A stretch of 64,000 nucleotides of DNA from Obrimoposthia wandeli (Eukaryota): the NCBI GenBank assembly GCA_977020255.1, contig CDROCS010003853.1:186001-250000 (forward strand), given 5' to 3'. Below are positions 49,054 through 62,722 of the stretch, in pieces (within the stretch, counting starts at the first letter, position 1; every line of letters starts with the position of its first letter). The position numbers and the translations under genes are program-made. Under the pieces are notes generated by a model, which had not been told where the DNA came from, made no database searches, and worked only from the letters and a program-made list of their open reading frames with translations.

Positions 49054-49938
49054 TAATCATGATTTTAGTACATATCTGTACTATTCATTTTGTACCATTG
49101 CTAATCAATTATATTAGGTATGTTCTATCTGAAGTGACCGTTTATAAATACGTCTATTAGTCTTCAGGTTGTCAAAAAATATCTAATTTAAATCAATAAT
49201 TAGATCCCAAACGTTGTTAATTGAATTGTTCTAACTGTTTTAAGTAAAAAATAATTTTAAAATATATGAAAGAAAACATTAATTTGAATATTTTTTCTTC
49301 TCAAATTGTTGAGATTTGATGTTTTTACTTGATCCTCAAATTTATCTGGAATCGTCCACCTTGCTAATCGTTGACGCCATTAAAGTTTTCCAAGAAGATA
49401 GCTATTGGCAATGCATAAATGTAACTTGAATCTCATGATAGAACTGAGGATTTTATAGCTATCCAAATGTTTATGTATTATTATGATGTATTTATTTGCT
49501 TAAATATTTTTAAGAAAGTTTGTGGCAAGGTATTTTATTGGTCACAAAACATTACTTTCGAGTTCTAACATTGTCTAGATGAAATGTTCATATTTAATGA
49601 TCTTCCAAATCTGTACACACATAACCACTTAATTTTCAACTGACATATCAGGAAATACCAAAATTATGTACAGTCATCTTCAATTGGCAACAGATTGACA
49701 CTAGTTTATGTGCAGATATGGAATATGATTTTCTTTATGTCAAATGGCTCATGTAGAATGTTGGGAACACCATGTTGAGGTCAATTCCTATTCACCTTAT
49801 GCTTCTCGAACTGTGCTATACAAATTAGTATTCGCTACAATCCCAATCTTAAATAGATCATGTTAACTGACTGTTTTGCGTCTTCAGTCACTGCAAAAAT
49901 GATTTCTAGTCTCCTAATAAATTGCTGTTTCGTTGCAG

Positions 49939-50145
49939 GCCATCAAAGATGCGGTTATAACAGCTAAAATTGACCACGAGAAAGGCAACGTCTTCACCCA
50001 GGAGTCACAAGATGTCTACTCTACCGAGGAGCCACTGAGTCAGTTTCATCAGCGCATCCGGTTCTGCATGGACATCCGTAACCAGTCCGTCAAAGCCATG
50101 CGATTCCCGGCCAAGCATTACAGTCGCGATCTGGAAAGTGCTGAG
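49939..50145 (+). CDS. PSMD3: PSMD3 exon 2 (69 codons)
   Basis: TTGCAG|GCC; [13 protein letters not shown]...[14 protein letters not shown]...SVKAMRFP; donor GAG|GTAAG. Confidence 0.96.
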
Positions 50146-50194
50146 GTAAGCAGTATGATTGTCTTTCATTTCTGTGACCCTATTTTCTTTCTAG

Positions 50195-50269
50195 GAGCGC
50201 CGAGAACGAGAGCAGCAGGAATTAGAAAGTGCGAACAATATTACTGATGACGAATACGATGGATTTTAG
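50195..50269 (+). CDS. PSMD3: PSMD3 exon 3 ([11 protein letters not shown]...DGF stop); total ~494 aa
   Basis: 49-nt intron ending TTTCTAG; matches the conserved Rpn3 C-terminus. Confidence 0.93.
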   Translation, partial: ERREREQQELESANNITDDEYDGF

Positions 50270-51220
50270 ACCTTAATGAGAGTTTAATGTTTTTTCTGTT
50301 AACGTTCAGTTTTGTCGTTTTAATATATATCTGATAAATTTTTATTTTATGAAGAATTGCCCATTTTTTTTTCCAAATCTATGAAAGTTTAGGCATAAAT
50401 TAAAGATTAAACGCTTAATTTAAAACAACAATAAACCTTACAACTTTATCAGTTTTTAGTGTTGTAATATATTGAAATTGCTTCAGCTCTAGATTAGTAG
50501 TCTAGAACCACATAGTGTTTCATATTTATCATTGCTTTTATTTGCAGGTTCTTAAGGACTCTGCAGCAATTGAGAGTTGAAGCATCGAATGATTAACACA
50601 AACCTGATACTTTATTTCACTGTAATGTGCTAATATCCCATTTGTTTCTTTCATGTTTTTACTCATTAAATTGTAGCTAATATTCCATATGATTGTGTTC
50701 ATTGTGTAAAAATGAATATCTCTTGTAAACTGCAATTTTCAAAATCATGGAAAACGTAATATTTGTAATTTAACAAATTCTTTTACGTTTACAAAAATGA
50801 AATATAGCTTCCCGGCTTATTAAAAGTAAAAAACATGTTTAATGAGATCTTTAGTATTTTCCGTAGCATGAATGAGTGCTTTTTATGTTTATTTCTTCCA
50901 ATAGCTGTTTTACAAAATTAATAAATTATGAAAATACACATAAAAACTTCGAAAATTCCTCATTTTGAAATAATACTTAACAAATATTTTACTAAAATGA
51001 GTTCAAAAAGATAATAATCTCGAGGTCTGTGTGTTGTTTTGATATTCACATTTTAGGTTAAATAGAAGGAAATGCGTGAAATAAAAAAAATATATGTATG
51101 TATATCTATTATATTAGATATTATGTGAAGGTACATACTATGGTGAATATATTTTAAGGTGTAATTGCTATATTAGACAATAACTGAGTGGATATCTGTT
51201 GGCTCAACAGTTATTACACT

Positions 51221-53199
51221 TGTTAGGTTTAGGTTTTGAAATAAATTAAATAATTAATTGATTTTATAGTGAAATAGAAATCCTTGAAAGCAAGGTTATA
51301 ATTAAATAAATTTAATATCAAAATTAAAATTGATGAGATTAAAATTGTAATAAAATATTTAAGGACCACGAAGGTCGTGTGTGATGCGTAAGTATTTATA
51401 GAAGTTAACGTTAACCAAAAGAGCCCCAAAAAAGATATAGCCACAAATCGAAGAAGTTAATTGAAGAAAAGTTTGGGAAGAAAGAAGTTTACCATAAAAA
51501 GAAAGCACTTAAATTACGCCAGACAAGAATCCCATTAGCGCTATCTGAATTAGCCATCCTAATCCAGTCCGAGCAACAGGAAGACGCTGGGAACTCATCA
51601 CGTTTGGAGGTAGGCGAAATTAAACTAAGTGCAGTTTAATTAGTTTCCAGGAGAAATCGATTGGGAAGAAATCGTCTGAATACAGACAGAACCCATTAGT
51701 ACATTCTTACACGGACACACGTACACGAAAGGCGAAATTTATTTAAAAGAAGGGAAATTGGAAAATTCATTAGTCGAAGAAAATTCTAAGTAGCAGTCTC
51801 TTGCAAAGAAAAGGAGAAAAAGGACGAAAAAGAATATTCACGGAAAAAAGGTGAATAACGCGATTTCGTGGAAATTATTCATCCTTTGCAGTTCGACACA
51901 GAAAGGAGAACAGCGAGCAAGAAGCCGAGACGGAGCTATTCGGAACCAGGAAATTGTCTCCGTGCAAGCAGAAGTATCGGACCAAAAACAGCGGATTAAC
52001 TCAGGACCAGAACAATTGTCCCCGTGGAAACACCGCAGCACCGGACACCGCTATCTCAAGCTAGGAGCTTGCAGGATCTCGAAAGCATTTGGATTGGATT
52101 GGTGAGAGTCAGAGTGGACTATTAATTGAAGTTGATCAATTATTTAAACTTGTTTCCCATTGAATATTTATTGAAATTGATCATTTATTTAAACTTGTTT
52201 CCGATTGAATATTTATTGAAATTGATCATTTATTTAAACTTGTTTCCCATTGAATATTAATTGAAATTGATCATTTATTAAACTTGTTTCCCATTGAATA
52301 TTAATTGAAATTGATCATTTATTAAACTTGTTTCCCGTTGAATTTTATATTAATTGAAGTTGATCATTTATTTAAACTTGTTTCCCATTGAATATTAATT
52401 GAAATTGATCATTTATTTAAACTTGTTTCCCATTGAATATTAATTGAAATTGATCATTTATTTAAACTTGTTTCCCATTGAATTTTATATTTAAACTTGT
52501 TTCCCATTGAATATTAATTGAAATTGATCATTTATTTAAACTTGTTTCCCATTGAATATTAATTGAAATTGATCATTTATTAAACTTGTTTCCCATTGAA
52601 TATTAATTGGAATTGATCATATATTTAAACTTATTCTCATTCCGAAATTTTAATTGAAAGTGATTCTCAGCATATTAAATTAGAAAGACTCTATAAAGTA
52701 GAGCACAATTGAATATTAATTTAGAGAATCAGATCATTACCAAAGAGTTTGATTAAGGAAGTTGACTAAACTCAATCCCTATTTTAGAGCAACCAGCTCT
52801 CCAAAATCTATACCCTTGCACTTAACCACAGTTCAGAGTCGAGACTCTGGTAACTAACCCACTCAAAGTAAAATCGATACGTGGCTCATCCCCACTTGTG
52901 TAGAGACTTGCAGAAGTCTTAGGAATTTACTGTAACTTTTTAGAAATACGTACGTAAACGTATTGCTTTGTGTTAGTCTAGTGTGTTAACAATAAACGAT
53001 TTCCTACATTAGAAAGCTTTGTTCTAAACCCTTCAGATTAGGAGACACCAAAAAACAAACACCTTCAGATAAGAATTGAGACAGGCAACTATAACATTAA
53101 GTAGGCCACAACCATCCTTAAGTCCTGCTTCTATAAGAACTCACGTTGGGGCCCTCCACATTCAAGAGGATCTATAAGTTTCATATAGAAACCCCAACA
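51221..53199 (+). mobile_element. Large solo LTR (1,979 bp)
   Basis: TGTTAGG...CCCCAACA ends, 4-bp TSD CACT (51217-51220 / 53200-53203). Confidence 0.85.
52125..52640. repeat. Tandem array of a ~45-bp unit, about 11 copies, inside the solo LTR
   Basis: Unit ATTGAAATTGATCATTTATTTAAACTTGTTTCCCATTGAATATTA, head-to-tail with no spacers. Confidence 0.95.
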
Positions 53200-53699
53200 C
53201 ACTTATAGAAGCTTAGTGAGTTCTTAAAGATTTTTCTCTCTCAATAACTTTGTTATTATTAACTCTGGTTTCACGGGAATTTCTACGGCAAAGTCAAATA
53301 TAATGAGGCGAAAAACTGTTTGACTAACTTAAGATAAAAAATAAATGCCAAGGTGCATAAAATATTCTTAACCAATTTGTTAATTAATGTTTAATTGACA
53401 ACTTTTTTAATTAATTTATTTTTCAATACTTTAATTAACGTTTTTTCAATAAAAATACAAACAATATTCTCAAAAATCCGTGGGTATACAAAAACTGAGT
53501 ATAAAAAAAAATATTGTAAGTACTAAAAAATATAGTCAGTTTTTCACATTGTGATAAGTCTGCTTTATGCGTTGAAATCTTTATCACTGTTGTAAAAATC
53601 AATGGTGTATGCAATAAAAAGTCAATGTGTTTTATAAGTCATAAAAATGTTTGATTAGGTAATAATACTTCGAATAAAAAAATAGAACTACCTCATTTT

Positions 53700-54480
53700 A
53701 CAACAATCGTAGAATTCTGTGTCAAATTCCAAGTTTCCATTCTCAGTTAAAACCGAGGAATTTTCGTTGCTCTTGCTGCTTAATGGATTTATTACTTCGG
53801 TCAGATCAAACTCCTCTCTTAACATTACTTCTGTTAAGGTAGCAGTAAGGTTTTAAATTCCGATTTCTTTGGTACTTTCATTGATTTGAGATTTGATTGT
53901 TCCTTGATGTAAAAATTAATGCAGGATCTAATTCCGATGAGAAAACAACGAAAATCCTCTCCTCCATTGAGATATGAGGCAGAGTATCACAACTGGTAGG
54001 TGAGCGTGGCTCCATAGCAACGCCTTTGGGCATTAGAAACGCCTATTCATGGTTATTAAATTTAATTTCCAAAAATGCAATTAATTTTGTCGATGACTAT
54101 AGTCTATTTTGAGACCAAACTTCTGTGGGCCAATAAACGATAAGCTGCGAGTGGGTCTGTTCCAGAATTAATATCGATTGTGGTATCATTGTTAAAAGAA
54201 AGTGCTTGTTGGAAGATAAACATTAGAGGAAGTCGTCTTCAGCAGTTTGTCAATGTTTAATGATGGCAATGTGTCTATCCTAAAACAATTGAATAAGTTT
54301 GGTATCAAGGATATGACTTTTACTGAAGATGCGGCTAAGTCTAGTGATAAGGACAGATTATACTTTGCAATGAGAAAATCATCAGACCAAGGTAAAAAAA
54401 TCGGAGAAAGAGACTCAGAGATATCAAGAAAGGATTCACAGACACCAAAACCCATGAAGAAGGCAATGTGTATGAGAGAG
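53700..54480 (+). pseudogene. DDE transposase C-terminal remnant (Kolobok / 'Mutator-like' type)
   Basis: RPNFCG...MFNDGNVSILKQLNKFGI...DKDRLYFAMRKSSDQGKK resembles the PK..FCG / FN.G / D..R...A.....K motif series. Confidence 0.5.
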
Positions 54481-54979
54481 GCGGACTTTGAATGGGTTTT
54501 CTCATTTGTTCGCTGATTTTATAAATTTAATATTTTCAGCATATCTATGATCATTGGTAAGGAAATATCTGTAACCAATTGATATGAAATTTGGTTTACT
54601 TCTGCACAAGAGATCACCCTAGGAGTCTATGAATTTTTTTTCATGATTAGTACCACTTTGCCATATTTATTAATGATTGAATACGTAATTAGGCAACAAT
54701 TTCAGATAAAAAAAGAAAATTATATTTTATGAAGAACTTCTGCATTTTTCCCGTAATTTTGCTTCATAGTTCCCTTATATTATATCCGAAGAGTATTCTC
54801 TGAAATTTTGATCGAAATTGGTTGGTATTTATTACATGATTGTACCAAAATTTCACCTATTTTTTTTACAAAATGGCATATATTAGTTTTAAATGAACTT
54901 CTATTTTATGATCAACCAAATGGTAGATTAGTTGTAGTTGCATATTAGTAAGTGTGGAAATGGTTTTATAACCTACTTG

Positions 54980-55450
54980 CTACCTTAATCTAAAATTTTT
55001 TCTGGTGTGGGTTGCATCTTTCATGCTGGTGTGAACTTCTGCTTGTGTTTTCATGTGTAGGTATTGGTGCACCATGTTTGCGAGTCCAATATTTGAATGG
55101 TTGTGATTTAACTCGGCTCCTATAGTCGTTGATGTTCTTAAGTCAAAGATGATGAACAACATCTACCTTTGTAATCGTAATGCTTTCAAGTCCTTTGTTA
55201 AACCTACGCCTATGGTTACGTTTCCAAACACAATGTTTTTTAAATTTCTCTATCATTTCTTCAGCATCCCTACAACTCTGCAGCTTTCTATCTGATAACC
55301 ATGTTATTCTTATCACATAGCTTGTTACTATTTTTCTGGTCACGCATAGTGTACCTATTATTACGTTGCTAATGTAATTTATTATAGACACACTTGCTAA
55401 TACTGGTTGCTTGATCACTTATATGGACATTTAACAATCAATGAACAGTT
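54980..55450 (-). pseudogene. DEDDh exonuclease remnant, second copy (element C)
   Basis: FIDC*MS, LASVSII, DAEEMIE, ELNHNHSNIGL..M..Y...TQAEVHTSMKD align with 29913-30404. Confidence 0.8.
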
Positions 55451-55624
55451 ATGTGTGTCTCTTCGTTTTTTTCAATTCTAAAAGGGCTATCAGTTGTGGA
55501 TTTTCCGTTTTTCTTATCTTTTTGATAAATAATAGGTTTGAATATTTTCCTATTTTTATGCAATACGCATTTTCCAATTGTGCTGCTTTCAATGTGTAGG
55601 TCTGATTACCCATCATGAGAAAAT

Positions 55625-55870
55625 TCAAGGTCTTGTCTGATCAGTCTTTAAATGGACTACTTCTAATGCTAAGAGAATATAGATTTTTTCGCATTCGCCA
55701 TCTGGTAAAAACTCGCTAATGGCTATGTGGATTGGCCTATATTCGTTGGATGAAATCAATGTGCTTGTTCTTTCTTCTGTGGTGATTTTTAGTTTATTGG
55801 GAAAATAATTTTGATTAGAAAACCTTTTTTCTTCTACCGTTTCTAAAAATGCGACACTAAACTGACGCAT
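55625..55870 (-). pseudogene. ORF-X homologue (element C)
   Basis: PNKLKIT motif and same position upstream of the exonuclease. Confidence 0.6.
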
Positions 55871-56825
55871 TCTTTGGTAAAAAATCTTGCTAAAAACGAT
55901 TTTTCTTGCATATATTCTGGTATTCCTCTTAAACGTTTTGCTGGATTTTCTGTTTTATCATACCGAATGGGTCTCTTTTGGTCTGGAATCGTGTCCAGGT
56001 GATTGCCATCCATATGTTTGTCTTAATTGATTTATTATTCGTCTAGGATAAAAGAAATCGTTTAGCATTTTTAAGGATCATAATAAAGTCAGTCTGTTCA
56101 TGTTGTATGTGGGATTTGTCATGATGATAATTTATTATAGTCAACCAAAGAAATTATTGCCTTTACATTATGAGAATTGCAGGAATTATTTTAACCAGGA
56201 TTATGTTCGTTAGTGTTTATATGTGAGTCATATCCATCATCAAGTGTTGAGTTATTTGGAGCAGTAGGATACATGGTCATATAAGAATTTATCATGTGGC
56301 TCTAGGTCATCATTTGTCTTTGAAATGAGGTTATAGTCGATAGTTGGCTTAGTGTTTGTAGTATTAAATAATCTATTCTGCCAAAACTATGGACTAACCT
56401 CCTTTCGAGTTCATCAACTGTTAATTCACTATTTATTTTTCTTCCACATTTTGTCTAATTATTTGTTTCAAATAATCATTTTGGTTTATGATCTTTATAT
56501 AATAGTCGTCATGTTGTTTGTAAACATCTCGTATCTTTTTCTCTATTTTTTGTTGCATTTTTGCAAGGTTTTGCTATTCAGTTCAATATTATCTAAAATA
56601 GTCATTATTATTATTTCAGGATACGTTTCCTGGTGATTTTATTTTATAAAATTATTTCTATTATACTGTTTATGGTACATATTTCTTGTTCCTATCTATT
56701 TTATTACTAAATTAATATTGATTTACTTAATTCTACTAACAGTATATATTAATTAAATTGTTTCTGTTTCTTGAAATTAGGTTATTGTATTGTTTTTCTT
56801 TCTCTATTCTCTATTACAGTGTTTT

Positions 56826-59800
56826 TGTAAATTATACCAACCGTAAAATATACCAACCGAGGGGGTTTATGTAATAGAAAAAATCAAGTCAACGAAACCC
56901 TTTATTCACATATATTCACATACATTCCATATTCATCAAAAAATAATTTATCTTTCCTTGATTTAATACTCCCATGGAATCTTTCAAAAATTCCATTCGA
57001 CTGTGGGTAGTATACACAGGAATACGTATGTTTGATACCAAGCTTATTCAAATATTCTTCAAATTCCTTACTTCTGAATGATGAACCATTATCTGTTACA
57101 ATACGTTTGGGTATACCACATAACGAAAATAGCTGATTCAAATGATTAATAATATTCTTTGCACATGTATTTCTAACTTTAAATAAAAATGAGAATCTTG
57201 AATACCAATCAATGACACTCAAAAATGTGTAGCCCTTTAGACACTCAAATGGATCTGTAAAATCTAATGATATTGTATCCCACACTTCATTTAATGTTGA
57301 TTCACTCACTTGTAGTGGTGCTGGTTGATCCATCATAAAATGTTGACACGTATTGCAGCGATTAACCCATTCTTTAATTTCTTCGCTCATCTTAGGCCAC
57401 CAAAAGTAATTTTTGATCATCTCTGTCATTTTCATAACTCCAATATATCCACTATGACCAGTATCTAATACCTGTTTTCTTAACATCAGTGGAATGTAGA
57501 TTCTATCATCAAATCGAATTATATCATCTTCAGTTGTCAAATTTCTTTTTATCGACTTATATTTACCATTATTTAATGTCATGTAAGTGTGCTTCAATTC
57601 TTTAAACAATTCATCATCTTTACGTTCTTTTCTTATATCTTCAATGGATACTAAACTATTTTTCATAACCAGACATATCATACTTGCATCCTTTTCCTTT
57701 AACGATCTTTCACTCAAGGATACAGGTAGTCGTGACAAATTATCTGCAATATCATTTGATTTACGTGGTATATGTCGCATATCAAACGTGTAATCTTGTA
57801 TCTGTAGAAGCCATCTCTGAATTCTGGTATTCGACTTTTCAATTGGCTTTTTGAATAACGATATAAGAGGCATCTTATCTGTAGATAACGTAAATTTACG
57901 ACCAATTAAATACATTTTTAGTTGTTCAGCTGCAAACAACACGGCCAAACATTCTTTCTCAATTTGAGAATATCTTATTTCAACATCGACTAATTTCCTT
58001 GACGCATATGTGACTGGTTGATTATGTTGAATTAAAAATGCTCCTAGTCCATATCCACTGGCATCAGTTCTAACTTCGACATGGGCATCTTTATCAAATA
58101 TTTCAATCCACTGATAGTACCCAATTCATGTCTTAGTCTATTAAATTTAGTGTTCACTTCTGGTGTCCAGTTAAATTCTTCTGTCTTCAAGATATCCCAC
58201 AATGCTCTCGATAATTCAGAATAATTAGGGAAAAACTTTGTCCTACATAACCTGCCAGACCCAAAAATGTGAGTAGTTCAGCATGGTTTTTCGGAATAGG
58301 TTATAATTGCAGTGTTTTCATTTTACTAATATCTGGAGTTAAACCATTAGCTGTTAACGTATGACCCAAAAATTTCACACAGTTCTTATTATATTCACAC
58401 TTTTCTTCGTTTATTATCACATTAAACGACTATAACCTTTGTAAAATTAATTTCAAATTGATATCATGTTCTTTCTGTGACTTTCCAAACACCAAGATAT
58501 CATCTACGTAGCACATTACACCTTTTAGTCCGTTTAAAATATGTTCCATGCACTTTTGGAAGACTTATGTTGCGGAACTTAACCCAAACGGTAATCTTTT
58601 ATACCTTTACCGATTAAATGGCTTACAAAAAACTAAGTATTTCTTACTTTCGTCATGCATAAGAATTTGGTGATACCCTTTCTTTGCATCTAACATTGAG
58701 AAGACCTTAGCCCCATTTAATTTTATCATCAATTCAGGAAAATATGGCATTTGAAATGCTTCCCTTTTTATAGCTGTGTTTAAATGTCTTATATCTAGAC
58801 ATAAGCGTACATCGAAATTTTTCTTTAGAACCGGTACTAATGGAGAACACCACTAATATCCATCTACTTCTTCAATTATATTTTATTCTAAGAGTTTCTT
58901 AATTTCTAATTTAACAGCATCTTTAATTGCTGGAACTATGCGTCTTGGCATACTTTATCATCAATTTTTATTTTATCCCTGATACAATTATTATGTGTCG
59001 TATTATTTTTATCAGTCGAAAAGGACACTGAACATAGTGGTAAGTTAATAACATTCAGTGAATAACACAAATCTGCACTCAGTAAAATATTACACGAGTT
59101 TACCGAGACAGCATAAAAATCAGCATTAACTGTTTTATTATTATATATTACTGGTAAATTATTATAACCTAAAATGTCTAGCTTATTATTATTATATGTA
59201 GTGACCTTTAATTTAGTTGGTCTCCACTTCATATCCGGAAAAGTAAAATATTACACGAGTTTACCGAGACAGCATAAAAATCAGCATTAACTGTTTTATT
59301 ATTATATATTACTGGTAAATTATTATAACCTAAAATGTCTAGCTTATTATTATTATATGTAGTGACCTTTAATTTAGTTGGTCTCCACTTCATATCCGGA
59401 AAAGTAAAATATTACACGAGTTTACCGAGACAGCATAAAAATCAGCATTAACTGTTTTATTATTATATATTACTGGTAAATTATTATAACCTAAAATGTC
59501 TAGCTTATTATTATTATATGTAGTGACCTTTAATTTAGTTGGTCTCCACTTCATATCCGGAAAAGGTTTAGCTGGTAACACATTTACAATTGTACCTGTA
59601 TCGATTATATATTTAAAATATCTACCGTTGATGTTTAAAGTACACTGCGGTAGTTTATAACTAAGTGCATTTACATTTAAAATTGTATTTATATGTTTAT
59701 TTGACAAGCAATATTTTTCATAATGTCCTACTTTACTACATTTATGACATGTCACATTTTTCGCTTTGCAATCTTTACTGTTACCTAAATGACTAAACGA

Positions 59801-60925
59801 TCCACATCGAATGCACTTTTTATCACTATTAAATACAGGTGTCTGCTTAATATACGTATTATAATTGTGCCTACCACTGTTGTATTTATTATTATTATAT
59901 TTAAACGAGTTACGTTTAATTTCATTAATCTGAGACTGTTCCTCACTATTTTCGGATATATTATTAATATTATCACTATCTCCCCTAATAACTTGTCGTT
60001 AGGAAGTTGTTTGTTCAAAATTTTCAGCCTTATTAATGGCTAATTCAAACGTTAATTTACTGGGATCTTTTATAAGCAATTTTTCTGCTAACTTATCGTC
60101 CTTTATGCCATAGACAAAAATGTCTCACATCATTTCTGTGGGTTTTTCAAAATCACACTCATTGCAGCACCTTCTTAAACGACATGTAAACTCATTTATA
60201 GTCTCACGAGCACATTGCTTCAATTCATAAAACTTTTTACGAGCTATGAGGATCGAACTACTTGATTTAAAATATTCTTCAAACCTTACTATAGTATGCT
60301 CGTACGTATTTTTGGGCTCTTTCAGACCATCAAATATGTCTAACCCATCTCTACCTAATGAATTCAAAAATAACGGAATTTTTTGTACTTCATTAACATT
60401 ATTTATAATTAAAAGATCACTAAACATTCTTAAGAAATGTTTATAATCATCAGCACTTGGGTTTTTTCCCAATGCTGGCATAGTACAGCTAAAATTATTT
60501 TTATTCCTATCCAATCAATGTCAAATGATAGCGCAAAATGATAGATGAAGTATTTATACGTATTTATTTTACCAAATTTAATAATATTAACTACTTAATC
60601 ACTATTAAGTATCATCCAACAATGCAAAAATAGTAGGCGAAAATAACAATATATCTACAATAATACTTCAATACAGTACTGGCCAAATAACAAATTTATT
60701 CTAATCGCTTTCGCTAACTTAAATCATTTAAATCCTTTTCTGATCCTCGTCGCCAAGTTTTGTAAAATATACCAATCGTAAAATATACCAATCGAGTGGG
60801 TTTATGTAATAGAAAAAAACAAGTCAATGAAATCCTTTATTCACATATAAGGGTACCTAGTAGCATACATCATCAATATACATAACATAAATCAATACTA
60901 ATTTATTACAAATATTAATTATACA
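56826..60925 (-). mobile_element. Ty3/Gypsy element B (Mag/CsRN1-like), nested in element C; 3' LTR truncated
   Basis: Short LTRs 60761-60925 and 56826-56914; PBS TGGCGACGAGGAT (60743-60755, tRNA-Ser(GCU)-like); gag 60125-60514; CHKCSKVGHYEKYC; IDTG; YVDD (~58500); TDASGYGLGA; integrase 56902-57500; weak TTTT TSD. Confidence 0.9.
59082..59564. repeat. Perfect 3 x 161-bp tandem repeat in the protease region of element B
   Basis: Units start at 59082, 59243 and 59404 and look identical. Confidence 0.95.
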
Positions 60926-62400
60926 TTTTCATCCACACTATTAAACAATACTATTACACAACAAGTGTTTATTGACAAATCTGAAGAACTCTCATTTCTA
61001 CGAGTAATATATGTGGAAAATGCACTTGGAGGAATGTAAAAGTTTTTTCGATGTTTTGTTTTTGAAAATATTGTATGTTTTGAAATTATGATTTTCCATG
61101 ATATTCTTATCACGAAAGATAATTAGTTCAATTATTAGGATTATTACTATGAGTTCTTTTCTTATTTTATTTTGGGAGCATATTTGTTTATCATTGCAGA
61201 TTTTTAATACTTTTATTGAAGGATGTGTAAAATAGTGTTTTTGTTGTTTTTTTAAATTTAATAATTTTTTTATCTATTCTGAGATATTAATTTGATTTGT
61301 ATTTTTATAAGTTTTTGTTGTGAATGTTGTTATATGTTGTATATGTTTTCTGGTTGTTTCTTTTATATATTGATCAACTTCGATTAATAACCAATGACCA
61401 AAGGGGTGATATAGTTTAGATATCTTATTTCCTAAAGTTATTAATTTTGTTAGGTTTTTAAAAGTTTCGAATTTCTCCCCGTTGCCTGTACATTATTTGG
61501 TTTGTTAGTTATCACAAATTCCCCATTAAATATGATTATTTTTTCTGTATATCTCACATTTTTTAATGGTTAAATTTGTTTTGGCTTGTGATTTTAATAC
61601 GTTAATTATAAATTCTGTGCCTTTGTCCATTAATAATTTTTGGGATGCATTTAAGTAGAAAATGATTTTTTCGATTAAAACCTTCGCGATGGTTTCAACC
61701 TTATGATTTTCTGTTGGAAAGGCCTCTGGCCATCTTCTAATATAATCGGAAAATACTATTATGTAGTGATTTTCTCGGGGTGTTTCAGGTAATGGACCCA
61801 TTACAAATCCATAGTAACTGTTTCCATGGGGGCGATGGATAGGGTATTGGTTTCAAAAGAACCTTTGTGGTTCGTCAAGTATTTTGCTGTTTAATACATA
61901 TTTCACATGTTTTACACCAATTTTTATATCATCCTTCATATCAATTCTATAATATTTTTAATTTTATCGTGTATGTGTCTTTTTGATGATAAATATCCCC
62001 CTAGGGCTCCATTTTGATATTGAAGATTTAATTGACACTGCTTTTATCTAGGAATTACTAGTGAATATAAATTTGTATAATTTAAATAGTATAATATTTC
62101 TTTACTATATTTATATCGTGATTCATTGATTTTAAATTTTTTTCGTAGTTATTCATCTGTTGGTACTTGATTTAAGCTGATGTATTTAATTATTTGTTGA
62201 ATTTCGACGTCTTTACTTTGAAGTTCAGTTATTAAGTTTTCGTCATATTTAGCTTTAATTATTGTGAAAATATTTAATTCAGTATCATTAGAAGAAATAA
62301 TATTTATGTATTTTCTTTTTCGAGATACACAAAATGTGATTTTCTTTTCTATATTTTATTTCAATATCATATTTTTGTAAAGTTAATGTCAGTAGGTGTC
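60926..62400 (-). mobile_element. Element C: RNase H end and integrase remnant, close relative of element A pol
   Basis: LQKYDIEIKYRK, IFTIIKAKYDENLITELQSKD, GPLPETPRENHYIIVFSDY..RWPEAFPT, SKLYHPFG. Continues at 54950-56825 once element B is removed. Confidence 0.85.
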
Positions 62401-62722
62401 CGGTCTAATCCATCTAACTCCCCCTCCCCCCGGGGCTACCACTGTCCTTTAAAACCGTGCATGTGTATGAAGTGAAATTTCGTGCATATGTGTGTCCATT
62501 CCACCCGAAGGGGTGGGGGCACAATTTTTTATTTTACTTTGAAATTTCCCGCTAATCTCAAAGGTGATTAATGAAGACCACGGGAATCCATATTGACCCC
62601 GGTGGCTTATCGCAGAAGAGATTTCAAATAATATATATATTTTTAAACATCTAGGTCAGTTTTATAATTTAGAGGAGAAAAACAAAATACGAGTCAAAAT
62701 TCTTTTCAAAACATTTAATAAA

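Noticed and set aside
52125-52640. 45-bp repeat array as a CRISPR
   Set aside because: Units are head-to-tail with no unique spacers, there are no cas genes, and the context is a eukaryotic LTR.
62405-62620. GC-rich segment with a GGGGGGAGGGGAG tract on minus, possible PPT/LTR
   Set aside because: No TG...CA boundary, partner repeat or TSD was identified.
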